In this document: positions 13,670 to 24,469 of the stretch, piece by piece | Layout of the letters: the number at the start of each line of letters is the position of its first letter | Numbering within the stretch: position 1 is the first letter of the stretch | Source: an uncultured Coriobacteriia bacterium | GTDB taxonomy: Bacteria; Actinomycetota; Coriobacteriia; Anaerosomatales; JAAXUF01 | NCBI GenBank assembly: GCA_963726345.1 | Contig: CAVSCC010000011.1 | Coordinates: forward strand, 55,605-119,604 | Direction: 5' to 3' | DNA length: 64,000 nucleotides | The notes under the pieces: model-generated | Database searches by the model: none | Seen by the model: the letters and a program-made list of their open reading frames with translations, nothing else | Told to the model about the DNA's origin: nothing | Program-made: the position numbers and the translations under genes

Positions 13670-15886
13670 TTACTCGGATTTCACCGGAGCTGTCATCGTT
13701 CCTGCCCACGTGCCACCGAGCAGCCTCATCGAGTTCAGTATGACCAGAAGTGCGACGCCCGTGTCGGCGAAGACGGCGAGCCACATGTTGGCGAGGCCGG
13801 CGACGGCAGCGACGAGCACGGCGACCTTGACGATCAGCGAGAATCCGACGTTCTGCTTGATCACCGCGCACGGTCGAGCGACCGAGCGCGAAGAACCCCG
13901 GCAGCGCCGACAGGTCGTCGGACATCAGCGCGACGTCGGCGGCCTCGAGCGCCGTGTCGCTCCCAGCCGCACCCATCGCGATCCCCACGTCGGCGGTCGC
14001 GAGCGCCGGTGCGTCGTTGACGCCGTCGCCCACCATCGCCACGACGCCGTAGCGGGCCTGCAGCCGCTTGACCGCGTCGACCTTGTCCTGGGCAGCAGCC
14101 GCGGCCTGGTACGCCGAGACCCCCGCGCGCTCGGCGATCGCCGCCGCCGTGCGCTCGTTGTCGCCGGTGAGCAGGGCCGTGTGCTCGATGCCGCCGGCGT
14201 TCAGCCGCTGGACGACTGCGCGGGACTCCCGTCGCCCCTCGTCAGCCACGCCGAGGAACCCGATCGCGACGCCGCTCTCGACGAGCACCAGTACGGTCAG
14301 TCCGTCGGACTCTGCAGACCTGACACGCGCCGTGAAGTCATCGCTGACGCTGGATATCTCGGCGGCGAACGACGGGCTTACGAGCGAGACGCGATGGCCG
14401 TTCACGAGTCCGCTGACCCCGCGGCCGGGCAATCTCGCTCAGCTCGTCGATCTGCAGTCGAGCGCAAGCCCACGCGCCTCGGCGGCCCGAACGACCGCGC
14501 GGGCGAGCGGGTGCGCCGAGTGGGCCTCCAGGGACGCCGCGAGGCCGAGCGACCTCAAGGGGGTCGCGGCCATCGACCGCGTGCGCACGCACGACATCGA
14601 GTCGTCCGGTGGTGAGCGTTCCGGTCTTGTCGAACGCGATAGCGCGCGTCTTCGCAGCGAGCTCCAGGAATGCGCCGCCCTTCACCAGGACGCCGGCCCG
14701 GGCCGCTCGACTGATCGCGCTCACCAGCGCGACGGGCGTGGAGATCACCAGCGCGCACGGGCACGCGGTGACCAGCACGACGAGTGCCCGCGAGAGCCAG
14801 ACGCTCCAGGCCTCGGGATCACTCGACGCTCCCGGTCACGAGCACGGGGACTACGCAGACCGCAGCGCCAGCGCGACCACCACCGGGGTGTAGTAGCGAC
14901 TGAACCGGTCGACCAGCAGCTGCGTCGGCGCCTTCGCCGCAGCCGCCTCCTCCACCAGGTAGACGACTGCGCGCGAGCGTCGAATCGCTCGCCGGGGCGG
15001 TCACCGTCACCTCAAGCAGTCCGATCGTGTTCAGCGAGCCCGCGAACACCCTGTCGCCCGCGCGCTTGTCCACCGGAACGGACTCGCCCGTGATCGCTGC
15101 CTCATCGGCGGCCGACGCCCCGCTGAGCACCAACCCGTCCAAGGGGAACCGCTCGCCGGGTCGCACGATGACCGTCTCGCCGAGAGCGACCTCCGTCGGG
15201 AGCGACTCGGTTATGACGCCATCACGGCGCACGCGCGCGACCGAAGGCGCCAGCTCCATCAGGTCGCGGATCGAACCGCGGGTGCGCGCGACGGCACGGG
15301 ACTCAAGCCATCCGCCGATCGCGAAGAGGAAGACGACTGCGGCAGCCTCCGAGTACTCCCCCAGGGCGATCGCGCCCACCACGGCGATGATCATCAGCGC
15401 ATTCATGTCGACGGTGCGCCCGCGAAGCGACGTGAGCGCCCGCGGCAACAGGAGAACGAAGCCGAACGCAACGGCCACCAAGTAGGCCGCGATCGAGAGC
15501 GTTTCCCAAGCCGGGGCGCCGAGCACGCCCGCGGCGCTCAGCGCCGACAGCAGCCATCCGAGCAGCCCGAAGAGCCCCGACCCCGCCACAGCGATCGTCG
15601 TTCGATGACGCTTCCAGAGGCTCTGTTCCTGCAGGCTGGTCGAGCCGGCGCCCTCGCCGGCTACAAGACCGTACCCTCCGCGCAGCACCGTTGCCGCGAC
15701 GTCGCCGCGCGGGTCCGCGTCAATACGGTAGTCGATGAGCAACAGACCGCTTGCGTAGTTCAGGTCCGCACACGTCACGCCCGTGATCAGCGCGATGGCC
15801 TTGCTGAGTGTTTGCGCACAGTCGGGACAGTCGAGCCCGGTCACGCGCCAGGTCGCATGCCCGATCCCCTCCGCTTGACCGCTCAC
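13670..15886 (-). pseudogene. P1B-type heavy-metal (Cd/Zn/Co-like) translocating ATPase, at least 6 frameshifts
   Basis: N-terminal HMA domain with CPDC (ORF 14819..15886). CPC and DKTGTLT motifs (14338..14778). GDGVNDAPAL (13653..14432). Last TMs (13670..13864). Shifts at about 14960 and about 14865 were checked at nucleotide level. Confidence 0.9.
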
Positions 15887-16299
15887 GACGCGTCCACACC
15901 TTCGTCGGCGTGCTCCATCGCCTGCGCGAGCAGCGCGAGCACGTGATCGTCGGCCAGGCGGTAGACCGCTCGGTTACCGTCTCGCCGATACGCGACCAAG
16001 CCGCGGTCGCGCAGCAGTCGCAGCTGGTGGCTCACACCGGACTGACTGATCGCGCACACCTCGGCCAAGTCGCAGACGCACAGCTCCTCGATGCCGAGTG
16101 CATCCAGAATCCGCAGCCGGGTCGGATCGGCCAGCGCCGAGAAGATCGCGGCCGTGCGCGCCACGCTGCCTTCGCCGGCCAGCCGCTTCCTGACACGGGC
16201 GAGAGCGCCGCTGTCGACGACAAGCGCCGAGCATTCGGCATCGGAGGACATCGCGGGGTCCGCTCCGGCGACCGGCAATCTATCTGAGTGATTGCTCAT
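15883..16299 (-). CDS. ArsR/SmtB-family metal-responsive repressor
   Basis: Carries ADPTRLRILDAL...ELCVCDLAEV...SHQLRLLRDRGLV. Its stop overlaps the ATPase GTG start (GTGA). An internal ATG (MSSDAECS) at 16251 is an alternative start. Confidence 0.85.
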   Translation of the reverse strand: MSNHSDRLPVAGADPAMSSDAECSALVVDSGALARVRKRLAGEGSVARTAAIFSALADPTRLRILDALGIEELCVCDLAEVCAISQSGVSHQLRLLRDRGLVAYRRDGNRAVYRLADDHVLALLAQAMEHADEGVDAS

Positions 16300-16347
16300 A
16301 TTCGCAGCATACGCGCGCTAGTCGCGTCACGCAATGACCCGTCGCTC

Positions 16348-18417
16348 TCAGCGCCGCTTGCGTCGTCCGTACTCGCTGCCCTTGCGCGCGCCCTTCTTCA
16401 GGCGGTCAAGCGCTTCGTCGGTACTGCTCGACTCCACCTCGGCCCGGAGCTTCACGGCTTGGTCGCGAAGCCGTGCGGCGGACTCGAAGTCGAGGGCCGA
16501 GGACGCCTCCGCCATGTCCTCCTCGAGCGTGGAGATCAGTCGCATGACCTCGGCAGCGGCAGCTTCGCGAGTTCGCGTGCCGCCTCGACCGCCGTGGTCG
16601 CCTGCGTCTCGCCCGCGTGCATGTACTGCACGATGTCGGCGATCGCCTTGCGGATGGTCTGCGGCTCGATTCCGTGCTCGACGTTGTAGGCGATCTGCTT
16701 CTCTCGGCGGCGGTCGGTCTCGTCGATGGCGAATCGCATCGAGTCGGTGACCTTGTCGGCGTACATGATGACTTCGCCGGAGACGTTGCGCGCGGCTCGG
16801 CCGATCGTCTGGATGAGCGAGCGCCCGTTGCGCAGGAAGCCCTCCTTGTCGGCGTCGAGAATGGTGACCAGCGATACCTCGGGCAGGTCCAGCCCCTCGC
16901 GCAACAGGTTGATGCCGACGAGGACGTCGAACTCCCCGGCGCGCAGGTCGCGCAGGATCTCGACGCGGTCGAGCGTGGCGACGTCGGAGTGCAGATAGCG
17001 CACGCGGATACCCTGCTCGAAGAGGTAGTCGGTGAGGTCCTCGGCCATCTTCTTGGTCAGCGTCGTGACCAGTGTGCGCTCGTCGGACGCTGTGCGGCCC
17101 TTGATCTCGTGGATCAGATCGTCGACCTGCCCCTTCACCGGCCGCACGACGATCTTCGGATCCACGAGTCCGGTCGGCCGGATGATCTGCTCGACGATCT
17201 GCTCGCTGACACGGAGTTCGTAGTCGCCCGGGCGTCGCCGAGACGTACACGAACTGCGGCACGCGCGCCTCGAACTCGTCGAACCGCAGCGGCCGGTTGT
17301 CGAGCGCGCTGGGTAGCCGAAACCCGTGCTCGACGAGCGTGATCTTGCGGCTCCGGTCGCCCTCGTGCATCCCCCGGATCTGGGGAACGGTCACGTGGCT
17401 CTCATCGATGATGGTGAGGAAGTCGTCGCCGAAGTAGTCGATCAGCGTGTTCGCGGGCTCGCCCGGCGCCCGTCCGTCGAGATGCCGCGAGTAGTTCTCG
17501 ATGCCGCTGGTGAAGCCCATCGTCTCGAGCATCTCGAGGTCGTAGTTCACGCGCATCTCAAGCCGCTGTGCTTCGAGCAGCTTGCCGTCGGCGCGGAGCT
17601 CGGCGAGCCGGGTGCGCAGCTCCTCCTGGATCGTCCCGATCGCCGCGTGGAGCTTGGTTCGCTCGGTCACGTAGTGCGTGGCGGGCCAGACCGGAAGTTC
17701 GTCGAAGGTCGTCAGCACCTCGCCGGTGAGCTGGTCCACCTCGGCGACCGATTCGATCTCGTCCCCGAAGAACTCGACGCGCACCGGATGGTCCGCGTAG
17801 GGCGGAAAGACGTCGAGCACGTCGCCTCGCACCCGGAAGTTCCCGCGCTGCAGCTCGTAGTCGTTGCGGTCGTACTGGATCTCGATCAGGTCGCGGATCA
17901 GCTCGTCTCGGTCGTACGCCTTGCCCTTGCCGAGAAACACCGCCATCCCCGCGTAGTCCTCAGGCGAGCCGATGCCGTAGATGCAGCTCACGCTGGCTAC
18001 CACGACGACGTCCTTGCGCGAGAGGAGGGCCGCGGTCGCCGCGTGACGCAGCTTCTCGACCTCGGCGTTGATCGACGCGTCCTTCTCGATGAACGTGTCG
18101 GTCGAGGGCACGTACGCCTCGGGCTGGTAGTAGTCGTAGTAGCTGACGAAGTACACGACCGCGTTGTCCGGCAGGAAGTCCTTGATCTCGGAGGCGAGCT
18201 GGGCAGCGAGCGTCTTGTTGGGCGCCATCACGAGCGTCGGCTTCTGCACTCGCTCGATGACCTTGGCCATCGTGAAGGTCTTCCCTGAGCCGGTCACGCC
18301 GAGAAGGGTCTGATAGCGCAGCCCCTCATCCAGCCCACGGACGAGCTCCTCGATCGCCACCGGCTGGTCGCCGGCGGGTTCGAAGGGCGACACGACTCGA
18401 AATCGGTTCTGCTTCAA
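16348..18417 (-). pseudogene. uvrB: Excinuclease ABC subunit B, 2 frameshifts (about 17200 and about 16550)
   Basis: The main ORF gives the N-terminal helicase part ([12 protein letters not shown]). Helicase domain 2 ([16 protein letters not shown]...[13 protein letters not shown]) is in ORF 16536..17165. The C-terminal UVR domain ([11 protein letters not shown]) returns to the first frame. TTG start at 18417. Confidence 0.9.
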
Positions 18418-18431
18418 CGTCGCTTCACTTC

Positions 18432-19001
18432 CTACTTGGCGAACGCGTCCGGATGGAGCGCTTCGTATCGTTCCTTCCCGCGAACGACCTTGAGCACGTA
18501 CTGCTTGGTCTCCGGGAACTCGATGGCGTTCCGGATGTCTCGGTCCTTCTTGGCCCACTCATCGACGCGGGTCAGGCCTGCGTTGTATGCGGCGAGAGCC
18601 ATCTCGATCTCGTGGTAGCGGTCCACCAGATAGCGCAGGTAGGCGGTCCCGTACTCGATGTTCGTCGCAGGATCGAGAAGCTTGTCCGGCGGGAACCTCC
18701 GCCGATCAACGCGCTTCGACGCAGCCAGGTCGCGCGCGGTCTGCGGCATCACCTGCATGAGACCGATGGCGCCAGCTCCCGAGACCCGCTCAGCGCCCCA
18801 GCCGGACTCGGCGTTGATCACGGCGGCCACCAGGTAGGGGTTGACCCGATGACGCGCCGCGGAGTCGGCGATCTCGGTGCGGTAGGACAGCGGGTAGTAC
18901 TGGCGTTGCCAGAACGACGGGCCGCGCGCAAAGAGGAACGTCACGACGCCGAGCACGACGATGATGGCGAGCAGCAACCAGCGAACCGCTCCCCTAGCCA
19001 C
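18432..19001 (-). CDS. Membrane-anchored lytic transglycosylase (SLT domain)
   Basis: GTG 19001 gives [19 protein letters not shown] (signal anchor), then AVINAESGW...GLMQVMP...AYNAG. It overlaps the coaE stop by 8 nt. Confidence 0.75.
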   Translation of the reverse strand: MARGAVRWLLLAIIVVLGVVTFLFARGPSFWQRQYYPLSYRTEIADSAARHRVNPYLVAAVINAESGWGAERVSGAGAIGLMQVMPQTARDLAASKRVDRRRFPPDKLLDPATNIEYGTAYLRYLVDRYHEIEMALAAYNAGLTRVDEWAKKDRDIRNAIEFPETKQYVLKVVRGKERYEALHPDAFAK

Positions 19002-19611
19002 CGGACGCCCCTGGATCGAAACGCTCGTCCCAGAAGCGCCGCAGCGCCTCGCGGAACTCGTCAAGGGTTCCGTCGTTTTCGATGACGACATCCGCCAGTG
19101 CACTGCGAGCCGAGTCGGGAGCCTGCACGCGGACCCGCCGCACCACGTCGGCCCGGTCCAAACCCCGAGACACCGCTCTCTCGATCCGAAGTGGCTCCGG
19201 GGCGCTGATCGCAAGCACGACGTCGGCCATTCTGGCGAACGATGGGGCCTCGACCAGGAGCGGGACTTCGACGACAACGACTCCGGGCGGTGTCGGGCGC
19301 TGCGAAAGGTCGCGAAGCAGCTCGGTGGCCGCGTGCGCAACGGCCGGGTGGACGATCTCGTCGAGCCGCCGCGCCGAAGCGCGGTCGGCAAAACACGCCT
19401 GGGCCAGACGGGCGCGGTGAAGCGACCCATCGGGCCGCAGCACCTGCTCGCCGAACGCCGTCGCAACCGAGGTGAGCACTGTCGACCCCGGAGTCATCAC
19501 CTCGTGCGCGACCTCATCCAGGTCGACGATGCTCGCGCCCCGCCCGCCAAAGTACTCGGAGGCGACGCTCTTGCCCGAACCGATCCCGCCTGTCAGCACG
19601 ATGACAACCAT
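18994..19611 (-). CDS. coaE: Dephospho-CoA kinase
   Basis: 205 aa beginning MVVIVLTGGIGSGKS (P-loop). rpsA-coaE order is typical. Confidence 0.9.
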   Translation of the reverse strand: MVVIVLTGGIGSGKSVASEYFGGRGASIVDLDEVAHEVMTPGSTVLTSVATAFGEQVLRPDGSLHRARLAQACFADRASARRLDEIVHPAVAHAATELLRDLSQRPTPPGVVVVEVPLLVEAPSFARMADVVLAISAPEPLRIERAVSRGLDRADVVRRVRVQAPDSARSALADVVIENDGTLDEFREALRRFWDERFDPGASGG

Positions 19612-19741
19612 GTCTATGGGTTACCACAGCCGATAGCCAAAGCCCACCCCAAACCGCCCGAGCCCACAAAGAAAGCGGAGCCGGAGGGCGCTTGGGCGCA
19701 CCTCCGGCTCCGTCAACAACTCAGGTCTGTGAATCGCGCGC

Positions 19742-21385
19742 CTACTCCTTGGCCTTCTTGACGGCCTCGGCCTCGGCTTCGATCTCCTCGGCGATATCCT
19801 CCATGACCTCGATCTCGGCCTCCTCGGCGACGATCTCGGCATCGACAGCCTCGGCGTCCGCCTCATCGGCGAGCGCGTCGGCAACGTCGGCGAGAGCGTC
19901 GGCCTCCTCGGCCTCCTCCTCGGCGACTGCAGCGACGACGACGGCCTCGACCGCGATCTCGGCAGCCTCTTCGGCGATGATCTCGGCCTCGATGGCCTCG
20001 GCAACGGCCTCAGCGGCCTCGTCCTCGGTGATCTCGCCGGCCTCGGCTGCCTCGACGGCTTCCTCGGCGATCGCCTCGGCGACCTCGGCCTCGATCTCGG
20101 CCTCGATGGCGATCTCTACCGCAACCTCAGCAACGATCTCAGCTTCGTCGGCGAGCTCGTCGGCCTCAAGGGCCTCGATGTCGGCCTCGTCTGCGATCGC
20201 GTCGAATACCTCGGCGACCTCCTCGGCCTCCTCGGCGTCCTCCTCGAGCAGCTCGGCGCCGACGATCTCGATCTCGATGCCGAGGGTCTCGGCGGCGGCG
20301 CGCATCGAAAGCGAGATGCGGCGGCGCTCAAGGTCGACGTCCATGACCTTGACGTGGACGACCTGACCGACCGAGGTGACCTGGTCGGGCGTCTCGACGT
20401 GGCCCTTGGCCATCTCGGAGATGTGGACCAGGCCCTCGATACCGTCGCCCAGCTCGACGAACACGCCGAACGGGACGAGCTTGGTGACCTTGCCCTCGAT
20501 GATCGAGCTGACCGGGAAGTTCTGAACGAGCTGCTTCCACGGATCTTCCTGCGTCTGCTTCAGGCCGAGCGAGATGCGCTCGCGGCCCAGGTCGACGTCG
20601 AGCACCTGCACGTTGACCGGATCGCCGACCTTGACGACCTCGGACGGGTGGTTGACGTGGCTCCACGACAGCTCGGAGATGTGCACGAGTCCGTCGATGC
20701 CGCCGAGGTCGACGAATGCGCCGAAGTCGACGATGGAGGAGACGCTACCCGGCAGGATCATGCCCTTCTGCAGCTTGCCGAGGATCTCGGCACGCTCGTG
20801 CTTGCGGCCTTCCTCGAGCACCACGCGGCGCGAGAGGACGACGTTGTTGCGGTTGCGGTCCATCTCGATGACACGCGCCTCGAGGCGGGTGCCGGTGTAG
20901 GCAGCGAGATCCTTGACGCGACGGAGGTCGACGAGCGACGCAGGCAGGAAGCCGCGCAGGCCGATGTCGAGGATGAGACCGCCCTTGACGACCTCGATGA
21001 CCTCGCCCTCGACGTTCTCGCCGGAGGTGAACTTCTCTTCGATCTGGCTCCAGGCACGCTCGTACTCGGCGCGCTTCTTGGAGAGGATGAGACGGCCGTC
21101 CTTGTCTTCCTTCTGCAGGACGAGCGCCTCAACAGCATCGCCGACAGAAACGATATCGGCGGGGTTGGCGTCTTTGCGGATGGAAAGTTCGCGGGCCGGG
21201 ATGACGCCTTCGGACTTGTAACCGATGTCCAGGAGCACTTCGTCGCGCTCGACTTTGACTACGGTTCCGCTGACGAGGTCGCCCTCATCGAAATCGGTCA
21301 TCGTACCGTCGATGAGTGCATGCATCTCCTCGTCGGTGTATTCGCGCTGCTCAATGACCGTGCCGCTCTGATCTACATCGCTCAC
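19742..21385 (-). CDS. rpsA: 30S ribosomal protein S1 with a long acidic Ala/Glu-rich C-terminal tail
   Basis: Four S1 repeats (GDLVSGTVVKV..., GEVIEVVKGGLILDIG..., PGSVSSIVDFGAFVDLG..., IEGKVTKLVPFGVFVEL...) are followed by about 180 aa of low-complexity A/E/I/V sequence. Confidence 0.9.
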   Translation of the reverse strand: MSDVDQSGTVIEQREYTDEEMHALIDGTMTDFDEGDLVSGTVVKVERDEVLLDIGYKSEGVIPARELSIRKDANPADIVSVGDAVEALVLQKEDKDGRLILSKKRAEYERAWSQIEEKFTSGENVEGEVIEVVKGGLILDIGLRGFLPASLVDLRRVKDLAAYTGTRLEARVIEMDRNRNNVVLSRRVVLEEGRKHERAEILGKLQKGMILPGSVSSIVDFGAFVDLGGIDGLVHISELSWSHVNHPSEVVKVGDPVNVQVLDVDLGRERISLGLKQTQEDPWKQLVQNFPVSSIIEGKVTKLVPFGVFVELGDGIEGLVHISEMAKGHVETPDQVTSVGQVVHVKVMDVDLERRRISLSMRAAAETLGIEIEIVGAELLEEDAEEAEEVAEVFDAIADEADIEALEADELADEAEIVAEVAVEIAIEAEIEAEVAEAIAEEAVEAAEAGEITEDEAAEAVAEAIEAEIIAEEAAEIAVEAVVVAAVAEEEAEEADALADVADALADEADAEAVDAEIVAEEAEIEVMEDIAEEIEAEAEAVKKAKE

Positions 21386-21638
21386 TTTGTGGACCCCTTC
21401 TCATTCACGGGGCCCCGGTCATGCTCTTCGTCGCCTACAGTTACGTCAGTCTCGGGTACAGGACATCTCGTCGCCGATAGGTACTTGGACATGTCTCCGG
21501 GGGCCAACAGGACAGTTCGGCGCTCCGCGCGCGGGTGCGTCTGGAGAGCCGACTGAGAAGTTTACCGCAGGATGAGGTCGGATGCCACCTACACGGTGCC
21601 GGGCGTAGCCGTCACGCCGACTCTGGCGACGCGGGCCA

Positions 21639-24398
21639 CTACTTCGCGACCGCCCAGTTCGCCCCGAACGCCACAGACACCTCAAGCGGGACCGCCAGCT
21701 CCGCAACGCCTGACATGACCTCGCGCACCATCGCCGACAGCTGCTCGACCTCGTCGGGCGACGCCTCGAAGACGAGTTCGTCGTGGACCTGCAGCACCAT
21801 GCGGCTGACGTGCCCGTCCGCGCGCAGACGCCGGTCAACCTCGATCATCGCCAGCTTCATGATGTCGGCGGCGGTCCCCTGCATCGGATGGTTCATCGCC
21901 GTACGCTCGCCGAACGAACGCAGGTTGAAGTTGCTGCTCGCGAGCTCGGGGATGCGGCGCTTGCGACCGTAGAGCGTGACCGCGTAGCCCGTTCGATAGG
22001 CCTCGGTCTTGGTCTCGTCGAGGTACGCGCGAACGCGTGGGTAGGCGGCGTAGTAGCGGTCGATCATCTCCTGCGCCTCGGCGTTGGAGATCTTCAGCGT
22101 CTGTGCCAGCCCGTGCGCGCTCTGCCCGTAGACGATGCCGAAGTTCACGGCCTTCGCGCGCGCCCGCATTCCCGGCTCGACTGACTCGGGCGCGACTCCG
22201 AACACACGCCCTGCCGTCGCTTGGTGAAAGTCCATGCCGCTCGTGAACGCCTCGATGAGTCCCTCGTCGCCCGACAGATGCGCGAGGATCCGCAGCTCGA
22301 TCTGACTGTAGTCCGCGGACAGCATCAGGTCGCCGGCGCTCGCCGGCACGAACGCCGCGCGGATGCGCCGCCCATACTCGGTGCGGACCGGGATGTTCTG
22401 CAGATTGGGCCCGCTGCTCGAAAGTCGTCCCGTGGCCGCAACCGTCTGATTGAACGAGGTGTGCAGCCTGCCGTCCCCGCCGAGAAGACGCGGCAGCGCG
22501 TCCAGATACGTGCTCTTGAGCTTGGTCAGCTCGCGATACTCGACGATCTTCTCGGCGATGGGATGCACGGGTGCGAGCATCGCCAGGACTGATGCGTCCG
22601 TCGAATAGCCGGTCTTCGTCTTCTTGCCGTGCGGGAGGCCCAAGCGCTCAAAGAGGACCTCGGAAAGCTGCTTGGGTGAGTCGACCAGGAACTCGCCGCC
22701 CGCGAGCTCGTGGATCTCGGTTCTCAGCGCGTCGATCGAGCCCTCTGCGTCTGCCGACAAGCCCGCAAGCACGCTCGTGTCGAGTCCCACGCCGACGCGC
22801 TCCATGCGCGCAAGCACCGGGACCAGCGGCATCTCGATATCGCGCATGACCACCGAGGATCCATCGGCCTCAAGCCGCAGCTCGAGTTCGGCCGCCAGAT
22901 CGGCGGTCGACTGCGCAAGCACGCTTGCCCGAGACACGTCATCGTCTTCTGCAAGCGTGAGGGGTTCGCCGAGGTAGTCCGCGTTCAGCGCCGAGAGCTC
23001 GTAGGACGAACGGTTCGATTCGAGCAGGTACGCCGCGACGGCCACGTCGAACAGCCGCGCCGGGTCGACAGCCTCAAACGCGGCGCCGCACGGCCGGGCC
23101 TCGTCAGGAGGGCACACCTCCTGAAGCAGCGCCTTCGCATCGGCGGCCGCCACGCGGGCGTCGGCCAGGAGCAGGTCGAGGACCGCATCGACCTGATCGG
23201 GCTGAACGAGCGCGGTCTCCACGGAACTGGCGACCGCAAGGTCGCGCTGGTCGCCGAAGAGCGATGCGACCGCCCCGTCATCGATCGCCACGCCCAGCCA
23301 CTCGGCGGATTCCTCGATCCATTCGCGTATGCGCGCAGCCGCCTCGGGACCGGTCACACAGGCACGCGCCGCGCAGCGTCGGGCGACGGGGATCTCGGTC
23401 GATGACGAGCCGGCAGATTCCTCCCGGACGGGCGCGGACGTGCGCGCCACAGCGGGCTCGGACGACACCGACGACACGGCTGCCGGGCGGGCCGTCTGCC
23501 CTTCAGCGCTGGAACCGACCGCGCCGCCCCGCAGCGCAAGCACTCGGTCAAGCAGCGACGTGAACCTGAGCTCGGCGAAGGCCGTCGCGACCCGGTTCGG
23601 GTCGAACCCGCCGAACTCGACGGCCGCCAAGTCGATGTCCACGGGGACATCGCAGGCGATCGTCGCCACGATCCGGCTGGCGAGCGCTGACTCCTTGTTC
23701 TCGCGAAGTCGCTCTCCCAACTTGCCCGGGATCTCATCGGCGTGTTCGAGCACCGCGTCGAGCGACCCCCACTCCTGCAGCAGCTTCGTGGCGGTCTTCT
23801 CCCCTACTCCGGGCACGCCCGGGATGTTGTCGCTGGTATCGCCCTTCAGGCCGAGGTAGTCCGGCACCTGCGCCGGGGTCACCCCATAGCGGTCGAGCAC
23901 CTCGGCGGGTCCGTAGATGACGATGTCGGTGATGCCCTTCTTGGTGGTCACCACCTTCACGTCATCCGTGACCAGCTGGAAGGCATCGCGATCGCCCGTC
24001 ACGAGCAGCATACGGATTCCCGCGGCCTCCCCTCGGCGGGCAAGCGTGCCGAGAATGTCGTCACCCTCCCACCCCGGAAGCTCGACGATCGGGACGTCCA
24101 GCGCGCCGAGAAGCTCTTTGACCATCGGGAACTGGTCGCGGAGCTCGTGTGCGGTTGGCGGACGGTGGATCTTGTACTGCGCGAGCGCCTCGATCCGGAA
24201 CGCCGGCTTCCCGAGGTCGAAGGCGACGACCACGCCATTCGGCTTCAGGTCCGCGATCATCTTGACGAGCATCGAAATGAAGCCGAAAGCGGCGTTGGTA
24301 GGCCGTCCGTCGGGCGCAGTCATCGTGGGTGGCAGCGCGTGGAACGCGCGGTGAATGAGGCTGTTGCCGTCGATGACGGCGAGCGTGCGCTGGCTCAT
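21639..24398 (-). CDS. polA: DNA polymerase I
   Basis: Intact 919-aa ORF with a 5'-nuclease N-terminus, a linker and a family-A polymerase domain (DYSQIELRILAHLSGDE, QVHDELVFE). Confidence 0.95.
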   Translation of the reverse strand: MSQRTLAVIDGNSLIHRAFHALPPTMTAPDGRPTNAAFGFISMLVKMIADLKPNGVVVAFDLGKPAFRIEALAQYKIHRPPTAHELRDQFPMVKELLGALDVPIVELPGWEGDDILGTLARRGEAAGIRMLLVTGDRDAFQLVTDDVKVVTTKKGITDIVIYGPAEVLDRYGVTPAQVPDYLGLKGDTSDNIPGVPGVGEKTATKLLQEWGSLDAVLEHADEIPGKLGERLRENKESALASRIVATIACDVPVDIDLAAVEFGGFDPNRVATAFAELRFTSLLDRVLALRGGAVGSSAEGQTARPAAVSSVSSEPAVARTSAPVREESAGSSSTEIPVARRCAARACVTGPEAAARIREWIEESAEWLGVAIDDGAVASLFGDQRDLAVASSVETALVQPDQVDAVLDLLLADARVAAADAKALLQEVCPPDEARPCGAAFEAVDPARLFDVAVAAYLLESNRSSYELSALNADYLGEPLTLAEDDDVSRASVLAQSTADLAAELELRLEADGSSVVMRDIEMPLVPVLARMERVGVGLDTSVLAGLSADAEGSIDALRTEIHELAGGEFLVDSPKQLSEVLFERLGLPHGKKTKTGYSTDASVLAMLAPVHPIAEKIVEYRELTKLKSTYLDALPRLLGGDGRLHTSFNQTVAATGRLSSSGPNLQNIPVRTEYGRRIRAAFVPASAGDLMLSADYSQIELRILAHLSGDEGLIEAFTSGMDFHQATAGRVFGVAPESVEPGMRARAKAVNFGIVYGQSAHGLAQTLKISNAEAQEMIDRYYAAYPRVRAYLDETKTEAYRTGYAVTLYGRKRRIPELASSNFNLRSFGERTAMNHPMQGTAADIMKLAMIEVDRRLRADGHVSRMVLQVHDELVFEASPDEVEQLSAMVREVMSGVAELAVPLEVSVAFGANWAVAK

Positions 24399-24469
24399 GA
24401 ACGTCCTTCGGGAGGCCCATCAGGGGTCCGCCGCACTCGATCACGGCATACACAGGAGTGTACCCGAGG

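Noticed and set aside
16251-16347. Possible ArsR/CadC operator (AATCACTCAGATAGATT-like partial dyad) at the 5' end of the ArsR gene
   Set aside because: The symmetry is weak. It would only be upstream of the gene if the internal ATG (16251) is the true start, so the evidence is insufficient.
19692-20366. 224-aa Ser/Ala/Thr/Ile-rich plus-strand ORF and apparent DNA repeat array (checked as possible CRISPR or satellite)
   Set aside because: It is the antisense reading of the Ala/Glu-rich tail of rpsA. The periodicity is 3-nt/codon-level with no repeat-spacer structure, so it is not a CRISPR array.
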